A stretch of DNA of 64,000 nt from an uncultured delta proteobacterium (lineage in GTDB: Bacteria > Desulfobacterota > Desulfobaccia > Desulfobaccales > 0-14-0-80-60-11). The DNA is taken from contig CAWJCT010000001.1 in the NCBI GenBank assembly GCA_963841475.1, forward strand, positions 613,052-677,051, written 5' to 3'. This document shows, piece by piece, positions 51,879 through 58,585 of this stretch (position 1 is its first letter; every line of letters begins with the position of its first letter). The notes below the pieces were generated by a model. That model was not told the origin of the DNA. It was given only the letters and a program-made list of their open reading frames with translations, and made no database searches. The translations under genes were made by a program, and so were the position numbers.

Positions 51879-52664
51879 CTAAAGCAGCTTCCTCAACGTT
51901 TCCTTAAACTCCTGCACCTCATCCTGCACGCCCGCCAGGATTTCTTTATAACGGTAAAAATCCAGCACCCGGATATTGGTCAGGGCCGGCTTGACGTAGA
52001 TGTCCGGCGGGGAGAGTTCCTTCTTGGCCGCCACTATGGAGGCCTGCATTATCTGGAAAGTGGACAGGATACTCTCTACCATGTTGGGGACCGGGTCCCC
52101 CGGGGCATAGGTCTTCTCGCCGGAGACATCAATGGCAATGGTGAGATCACACTCATCGCGGAGGAGGTCATAAGGCAGGGGGTTCACCGCGCCGCCATCG
52201 ACGAGAACCGTGTCATTGAGGAGCACCGGTTCGAAAACTGCCGGCATGGCCAGAGAGGCCCGGATGGCGGTGATGAGGTTGCCGCGGTCGAATACCACCG
52301 GGCGGCGGTCCCAAAAATTCGTGGCCACTACTTTCAAAGGGATCTCAGTCTCCTCGAAGGTGCGGACCGGAATCTCCCGGGAGAGAAAATTTTCCACGGC
52401 TTTGCCGGTGAAAATCGCTGACTGGCTCAGGATGGAGAAGTCCAGGACGATCTTGTAGAGGTCACGGAAGCCGATGTCCTGGAGCAGTTGCGCCAGTCGG
52501 TCCCCGGAGACCCCGGCGGCGTAAAAGCCCCCGATGACGGCTCCGATGCTGGTACCGGCGATGACTGCCGGCCGCACTCCCAAATCGTCCAGGGCCTGGA
52601 GAAAGGCTATGTGGCTGAGACCCTTGGCCCCACCGGCCCCCAGCGCTACTCCGATTCTTTTCAT
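51879..52664 (-). CDS. Patatin-like phospholipase
   Basis: GAGGAKG oxyanion motif, GTSIG nucleophile elbow, VDGGAV aspartate motif. Confidence 0.85.
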   Translation of the reverse strand: MKRIGVALGAGGAKGLSHIAFLQALDDLGVRPAVIAGTSIGAVIGGFYAAGVSGDRLAQLLQDIGFRDLYKIVLDFSILSQSAIFTGKAVENFLSREIPVRTFEETEIPLKVVATNFWDRRPVVFDRGNLITAIRASLAMPAVFEPVLLNDTVLVDGGAVNPLPYDLLRDECDLTIAIDVSGEKTYAPGDPVPNMVESILSTFQIMQASIVAAKKELSPPDIYVKPALTNIRVLDFYRYKEILAGVQDEVQEFKETLRKLL

Positions 52665-52671
52665 GGACTTT

Positions 52672-54420
52672 TCAGAACCTCCGGTCAGGTTGCTGGTTCA
52701 GGCAGGTTAGTGAATCCTGGGACAGGCCGCACCAGCGCCCCCTGGCGGCAGGAAAGGCAAACACAGCCCCAGGCCGCCGCGCCGCAGTTTCCGCATAGAG
52801 ATTACCCAGGGGGTGGAGGCGCAGTAAATAGGTCCCCTGGGGGTAGAATATGACTTCCAGCAGGGCCCCGGACACCCCCGGCCGGTTCTGGTCAAAGATA
52901 AAATTGCCCAGGGAGAAGGCCAGACACTGCTTGCGGTCGCCGGTGAGAGCCCCGGCCCGGTGGGGATGGCTGCCGATGATGAGTTCGACGCCTTTGGCGG
53001 CGAGCCTGGCCGCCAGGGCTTGTTCCCGGGGACCGGGCACCGCCCTGAACTCCTCGCCCCAGTGCAGGAAGGCGAACCGGGGTTTGTCCGGTTTGAGACC
53101 GTCGAGCCGGTCCAAGTCGGTCTCCCTCAGCAAGGCCCGGACAGGTTCTTGGCGGTTGTCCAGGTCGGTGAAGGCGGCCAATTGGAACGGCCCGAGATCC
53201 TTGACGGCGCCATTTTCCAGCACGATGATGCCGGCATCAGTAAGGAGATGCTGCATGGTGCGGCAGGCAGGATTACCGAAGTCATGGCTGTGATTGTTGG
53301 CCAGGCTCACCGCCACCACGTTGAGGTCCTTGAGGACATCCAGGCTTAGCGGGGCGGCCATGCACAACCTGAGGGGGCCGGGGTTAGCCGGGCACTGGGC
53401 CATCATGACGCCCTCCAGGTTGACGATGAGGGGGGCGCCGCCCGTGAGTTGCCTGACGCGGTTGACCAGGCTGTCCCGCCACGGCCGCCGGGCCAATTTC
53501 GCGGCCAGGTAGCGGCCAAAGAAGGTATCGCCCGCGAAGAAGAACCTTTGGACCGCGCTTATGGGGAGGTTTTCCGGGCTATAGACCTGGACGAGGTAGC
53601 TGGTGGTCGACTTAAGGGGCTGGGCCGTATATTCCTGGGAGTTGCGGGAAGCCACCACCGCACATCGGGCCTGATACATGTGTTTCTGAAGCCGGAGTTG
53701 GAGGTATTGGGCTCCCCGGGAATCCAGGTGCTGCGGTTGGGTGAGACCGATGACCCCGCCGGGGTCCCCGGCGCTCAGGACCCGGAGGGTTTCCTGGTCA
53801 AACTGCCGGGCCTGGGGCCAGGGAAGGTAGTGGGAAAAGTCGGTGCTCTGAAGCAGGAGGGTGTCGCCCGTCAGGAGAGGGGCCAGGGTTTGGGCCAGGG
53901 AATCCCACTGGGCGGGCTGGCTATCCCGGTGAATGGCCACGGCCACGATCCGGGCCCGAGGGAAGTAATGCGCCACAAAAGGCAGAAGCGCCCTGACGCC
54001 GTGTTCATGGGAGAAGAGATTGGACACCGAGACCAGGGGGTTTTCCCGGAGGCGGGCGACGGCGTCGGCGTCGATCCTCACCTCGCCCAGTACCGTCAGA
54101 AAGTTACGGATGGAGACCGCAAAAGGCGTCCGGCTCCGGCTAAAGTGGTCGGGGCTGAGGATAATGATCCGCCGGTAATCCTGGCCGGAGGCCAGGGCAA
54201 AGGCGCTGGCGATGAGGTTGGCGGCCAGGAGGTGATGCGGCACGGTCAGACCGGTGATGCGCTGGGCCAGGGGTGCGGTCTTGGTTTGGCGAATAGCGCT
54301 CAGAAAGGGCTGCGCCTCGGGGTAAAAAAGCGGCAGAGCACCCCCCGGGGTTGCGGCGTCCTGGCCGCAGCCGCACAAAAGGTGCCCCAGGAGGAGGCAG
54401 AATGTGGCGAGGCGGCGCAT
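52672..54420 (-). CDS. Lipoprotein fusing a MEMO-like (AmmeMemoRadiSam protein B-type) domain to a CapA/PGA_cap metallophosphatase domain
   Basis: Lipobox LLCGC. N-half: TVPHHLLAA...IIILSPDHF...SHEHGVRALLPFV. C-half: FFFAGDTFFGR...LIVNLEG...SLANNHSHDFG...FLHWGEE. The stop is 7 nt before the patatin start. Confidence 0.65.
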   Translation of the reverse strand: MRRLATFCLLLGHLLCGCGQDAATPGGALPLFYPEAQPFLSAIRQTKTAPLAQRITGLTVPHHLLAANLIASAFALASGQDYRRIIILSPDHFSRSRTPFAVSIRNFLTVLGEVRIDADAVARLRENPLVSVSNLFSHEHGVRALLPFVAHYFPRARIVAVAIHRDSQPAQWDSLAQTLAPLLTGDTLLLQSTDFSHYLPWPQARQFDQETLRVLSAGDPGGVIGLTQPQHLDSRGAQYLQLRLQKHMYQARCAVVASRNSQEYTAQPLKSTTSYLVQVYSPENLPISAVQRFFFAGDTFFGRYLAAKLARRPWRDSLVNRVRQLTGGAPLIVNLEGVMMAQCPANPGPLRLCMAAPLSLDVLKDLNVVAVSLANNHSHDFGNPACRTMQHLLTDAGIIVLENGAVKDLGPFQLAAFTDLDNRQEPVRALLRETDLDRLDGLKPDKPRFAFLHWGEEFRAVPGPREQALAARLAAKGVELIIGSHPHRAGALTGDRKQCLAFSLGNFIFDQNRPGVSGALLEVIFYPQGTYLLRLHPLGNLYAETAARRPGAVFAFPAARGRWCGLSQDSLTCLNQQPDRRF

Positions 54421-55157
54421 TTATATGACCATTACGGCATCATACCATAAATTCCCGGGGGAAAGGCGCCGAGGTTGGGCGTCAAACTATCATCCGCAGT
54501 ATTTTCACCTCTGACCTGGTCCAGGCGCAACCGGGGCCGAGGCCTGCTGGTGAAGATTTGGTTCGTCATTCTTTTTCACCCGGCGGATCGTAGGTTCACC
54601 TCGGGAATATTCTCAAGCAGTTTCGATCCGGAGGAGTGATGAGTTTCTTATAGTTCATTAATTTTGTTAAAATAAATCAAACGTTAGTTAAATAATTAAT
54701 GACGTTACTGAAAAATAGAGTTCAGAGTTGCTTACAATACCTGCCGATGGTCGGTGGAGGTCGCATCCACCTTTACTTTGGCAGACTAGGAGCGGATAAC
54801 GCCGGCTCCAAGCCATGGCCGGCAAGACCAAGATGTACGGGCGCACCCGTGGGCTGGTAGGTATAACTTGCAGGGCTGATTAGATATTTCTGGTTTTACT
54901 CAAAACCTAATCGTTTGGGGAGGTTAATTCTGGAGCAAGCGTTGTGATGCACCGGCCTTGGGCGACTCTATTTGGGGGGGCAGAAATTTTAGTTAATCTC
55001 AGAATAAAATAATTGCTTTTCAAACAAGTGAATGTTAATTTTCTTTTTGAAAGGTAGGTCTTACTTGATGAAGGGACTTTTTGAGGGGTAAGATCGGGGA
55101 AAGAGAAAAAGATTTGGTGTGTCAGTGAGGCGTTAACCTCTGAAAGGAGAATTTGTG

Positions 55158-55448
55158 ATGACCAGAAAAGGGCCCAACCAAGAGCCGGAAGAAGCCCCGA
55201 AAGATGAGGGCTTGACCAGGCGCACGGCCATTAAGCGGATCGCCGCCGGTCTGGCGGGTGCAGGCATCGTCGTCGTCGCCGGGATTTTCGGCCAGGGGCA
55301 GGACCGCCAGGTCTATGAAAAAGGGAAGTACGGCGACTCAGCCAGTGAACCCTATGGCGATTCCGCGCCGAAGAATAGAAATGAGATGGCGACGCCGCCT
55401 TACGGTGATTCGGCCAAGCTGCCCTACAGTGATAAGGCGCCAAATTAA
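55158..55448 (+). CDS. Candidate RiPP precursor: Tat-like signal/anchor plus a C-terminal region with P-Y-G-D-S-A repeats
   Basis: AAGGAG RBS 8 nt before the ATG. LTRRTAIKRIAAGLAGAGIVVVAG, then KYGDSASEPYGDSAPKNRNEMATPPYGDSAKLPYSDKAPN. The three YGDSA units use different synonymous codons. Confidence 0.6.
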   Translation: MTRKGPNQEPEEAPKDEGLTRRTAIKRIAAGLAGAGIVVVAGIFGQGQDRQVYEKGKYGDSASEPYGDSAPKNRNEMATPPYGDSAKLPYSDKAPN

Positions 55449-55454
55449 TCAGGC

Positions 55455-55562
55455 GTGAAACGCCGCCCGTATCTGAAATACCCTGCCGGCCGTTACCGCC
55501 ATTGGTGGTTCGGCTTTTTCCGTGGTGATTTCCGCCTGGTTGGCGGTCCCGCCCTGCTGTAA
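55455..55562 (+). CDS. Possible 35-aa aromatic/basic mini-ORF (speculative)
   Basis: A GTG 6 nt after the precursor stop opens VKRRPYLKYPAGRYRHWWFGFFRGDFRLVGGPALL. There is no clear RBS. Third-position GC is consistent with coding. Confidence 0.15.
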   Translation: MKRRPYLKYPAGRYRHWWFGFFRGDFRLVGGPALL

Positions 55563-55577
55563 CGCCTGCCCTGGGGA

Positions 55578-56618
55578 ATGACGACCATGGCGACCATTCT
55601 GCTGAACTCCCCCTGCCACCGAGCCCGCCCCCATGGCAGCGCCGCTAACGAGACCTACGGCCCCACGGGGGCCCAGTCGCTGTCTTGGGAAAATCTCATC
55701 TACATCGCGGATTTTCTCCGGGCCTCCGGCCAATTCCGGGTATCTCTCGGAGGAGGGGAGCCGATTATCCACCCGGAGTGCGTCGACTTCATCCTCTACC
55801 TGCTGGACCGCGGTTTCGACGTGACCCTGTGCACCGATGGTATCCTGAGCCCGCTCCGCCTGAAGGAGTTTAGGCAGCATCTCACCGGGGTCCCCATCGA
55901 GGGGTTCCAGGTGCTGTGCCATTTCCCTGATCCGGTTCAGCCTCCGGGTTTGCCCCGGGAAACGCCAGGGCTGCACCGTTTCCTGGCGGTCATGGGACCC
56001 TGGACCCAGGGGGGCTTTACTATCCATGGGCCGGATTTCAGCCTCGATTTTCTGTTCGAGGCCATAAGCCGGTTCGGCCTGAAGCGCCAGGTGCGCCTCA
56101 GCCTGGCCCATCCTGCCCCCGGCAGCCAGGCCGGGTTCATCGAGGCTGGGGAGATGCGGCGGGTCGTTGAGGGGCTCAATGAGCACCGGCAGCTATTCGA
56201 GAGCCAGCGCGTCCGCCCGGACCTCGACTGCGGCTGGCCCCTCTGCACGTTCAGCGACGGAGAACTCGGATGGCTCCACCGCCTCCGGGGCCAGGCCCCG
56301 GGCGGCTGCCGGCCTGCCTTCGCCATTGCGCCGGACATGACGGTGTCTTTCTGCCTGGCGCTGTCTCATTATCAGAGCACGTCCCTGTTCGAGTTCGATG
56401 ACCTGGAGCAGATCGACCGACATTTTTCCCGGCTGCAGGATAGAATCAAAGCGGAGGCCGCCGGCATCTATCCGGAATGCGATGGCTGCGCTTCCCGGGA
56501 AAACGGTGGCTGCAGCGGCGGGGGGCTGTGCCAGATTGTCAGTCGCAGCATGGGCCAGGCGCCCAGACGCGGCGCGGGGGTGGAGGATGGGGTTTCCCAG
56601 GATCGTCTGCCCGGATAG
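55578..56618 (+). CDS. Radical-SAM-fold/SPASM-type protein lacking the canonical CX3CX2C motif
   Basis: GGGEPIIHPE SAM-binding motif. SPASM-like cysteines (DLDCGWPLC, MTVSFC, CDGCASRENGGCSGGGLC). The N-terminus reads ILLNSPCHRARPHGS where CX3CX2C is expected. Confidence 0.55.
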   Translation: MTTMATILLNSPCHRARPHGSAANETYGPTGAQSLSWENLIYIADFLRASGQFRVSLGGGEPIIHPECVDFILYLLDRGFDVTLCTDGILSPLRLKEFRQHLTGVPIEGFQVLCHFPDPVQPPGLPRETPGLHRFLAVMGPWTQGGFTIHGPDFSLDFLFEAISRFGLKRQVRLSLAHPAPGSQAGFIEAGEMRRVVEGLNEHRQLFESQRVRPDLDCGWPLCTFSDGELGWLHRLRGQAPGGCRPAFAIAPDMTVSFCLALSHYQSTSLFEFDDLEQIDRHFSRLQDRIKAEAAGIYPECDGCASRENGGCSGGGLCQIVSRSMGQAPRRGAGVEDGVSQDRLPG

Positions 56619-57387
56619 CGAGATTTTACTCCAAAGCTTTACGGGGCTGTCGGTGGCTCTGAGGCTGAACCATTGCCAGGGCATCGCGGCCTGTGCGGAA
56701 CACGTCCTGAAGTCCGGCAACACCCTTTTCTGTGTCATCGTGGAATCGGACCGTCCGCTGGCGGATATGGAATTCGATGACTGCCACCGGGGCATCCCCC
56801 TGGCGGTCATGGCCCCTGCCCTGGGGCGTTTCCGGGACCTGGCCCGGCATCTTGACCGGCTGCGCAGCCTCAACCTGCGGGTTTATTTTCCCGGCGACCA
56901 GCCCGGAAACCTGAAAGGTTTGCGCATCTTGTCGTCAGTGGGAATCCACTGCTGCGCCGATTTCCGGCAAGGCGGCACAGATTGGGAGGCCCTGGCCGAT
57001 TTGGCCACCTACGCGGTGCTGGAACGGACGCCCCACGCCGCCATGGAACCCTTCGCCTTCATGGCCGCGCACTACCCTGCGTCCCATCGCCTCGACTGGG
57101 GGCGGGTCTGCTTCGATGATCCCCGGCATTTTCTCCATCTGGACGGCAACGGCCGGGTCGCACTTTCCCAGGCGGAATTGGCCGAGGGTCGGTTTGTGGC
57201 CCACAGCCTGGATGAAATAGGGGCGCCAGCGGAATTTCCGCCGATCCGGGAGCGGCTGCAGTCCTGGAGACGCTACTTCGTTGACAGCCACCCCTGCGCC
57301 TTCTGCGGCGGGTGGCGGCTCTGTCTGGGAAATTCTCCCGGGATCCCGCCGCCAGGGGCGGATGTTCCGCATTCTTTCAGGAAATGA
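56587..57387 (+). CDS. Hypothetical protein with a SPASM/twitch-like C-terminus
   Basis: It overlaps the upstream gene by 32 nt. FLHLDGNGRVALS, then HPCAFCGGWRLCLG. A +1 shift after CLG would give KFSRDPAARGGCSAFFQEMIDL... ending at TGA 57451-57453, overlapping the next ATG. Confidence 0.45.
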   Translation: MGFPRIVCPDSEILLQSFTGLSVALRLNHCQGIAACAEHVLKSGNTLFCVIVESDRPLADMEFDDCHRGIPLAVMAPALGRFRDLARHLDRLRSLNLRVYFPGDQPGNLKGLRILSSVGIHCCADFRQGGTDWEALADLATYAVLERTPHAAMEPFAFMAAHYPASHRLDWGRVCFDDPRHFLHLDGNGRVALSQAELAEGRFVAHSLDEIGAPAEFPPIRERLQSWRRYFVDSHPCAFCGGWRLCLGNSPGIPPPGADVPHSFRK

Positions 57388-57442
57388 TCGACCTGGTGCG
57401 CCAGTCTATGGCGTTGCAGGCGGCCCCGGAGGAGCGCCGCAT

Positions 57443-58572
57443 ATGGCAACCGTGATCTTCAAACCCACGGAGGCCTGTAATTCCCGGTGCATATACTGCG
57501 AAGTGGTGAAGAAAACCCGCGGTCCGCGGCGGATGACCTTCAAGATCCTGGAATTATTTTTCCAGCGAGTCAATGAGTTCCTGGTAGAACGGCCGCAGGA
57601 AGAAATGGAAATCATCTGGCACGGCGGCGAACCTCTCCTCCTGGGCCCCGGCTATTTTGAACGGGCTCTGATTTATCAGGAAAAGCATTGCGCCGGGACC
57701 GCCGGCCGCATCGAGCACTCTATTCAGAGCAACCTCACCCTGCTATCCAGGGAATTCCTCGATCCCCTGAGAAGACTGGGGATCACCACCATCGGTTCCA
57801 GTTATGATCCCGTCGCCAACATTCGGGGCCTGGGGGCGAACCGGGACTGGAGGGAGTATAACCGTCGTTTCCTGGATGCCATCGGACTCCTGGAAGACGA
57901 AGGGTTTAATTGGGGCGTGGTCTACGTGGTGACCCGGCAGTCCCTGGCCAGGCCGGTGGAGATCTTCAATTACCTGACCAACATGTCACCCCGGCGCGGC
58001 CTCAGGTTCAACCCCCTTCTGGCGTATGGCGAGGGACTGGAGCACCTCAAGATTTCCCCGGCCGAGTATGCGGAGTTTCTGGGGACCATATTCCCGGTGT
58101 GGTGGCAGCATCGGGCTGATTTCGGCCACGTCGAGCCCTTGGTTTCTCTGGTCCAGAAACTGGTTGGCGAGGGCAAGGCATTGACCTGCACCGAAGCCGG
58201 GGCCTGCGCTTCCAGCCACCTCAGTGTGCGTCCCGACGGCAGCACCTCCCATTGCGGCCGTTCCGCGGATTGGGGGTTGCTGGATTACGGCTCCATCCGG
58301 GACCGATCATTCTCGCAGATTTTCGCCGATCCCCAGAGGGAGGTCCTCCAGCGGCGGGGTGCCGTCCTGCCGGAAACCGAGTGCGGGACTGCCGGGTTTG
58401 GGATTTCTGCCACGGCGGCTGCCCCCTGGATGCCTGGTATACCGGGGGGTCGTTTCTTCATAAAACCGGCTGGTGCCTGGCCCAGAAAGCATTGATCGAA
58501 AAATACATCGAACCCCTGGTCGTCGGGGGCAACGCCGGCTCGGTCGAGAGTCACAGGGCAACTCTGCCATGA
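57443..58572 (+). pseudogene. Radical SAM/SPASM peptide-maturase-like enzyme (anSME family), one frameshift
   Basis: GGAGGAG RBS. MATVIFKPTEACNSRCIYCEV (CX3CX2C), WHGGEPLL, and after a shift near 58385, CRDCRVWDFCHGGCPLDA (SPASM). Confidence 0.75.
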
Positions 58573-58585
58573 GAGGGGAATAACC

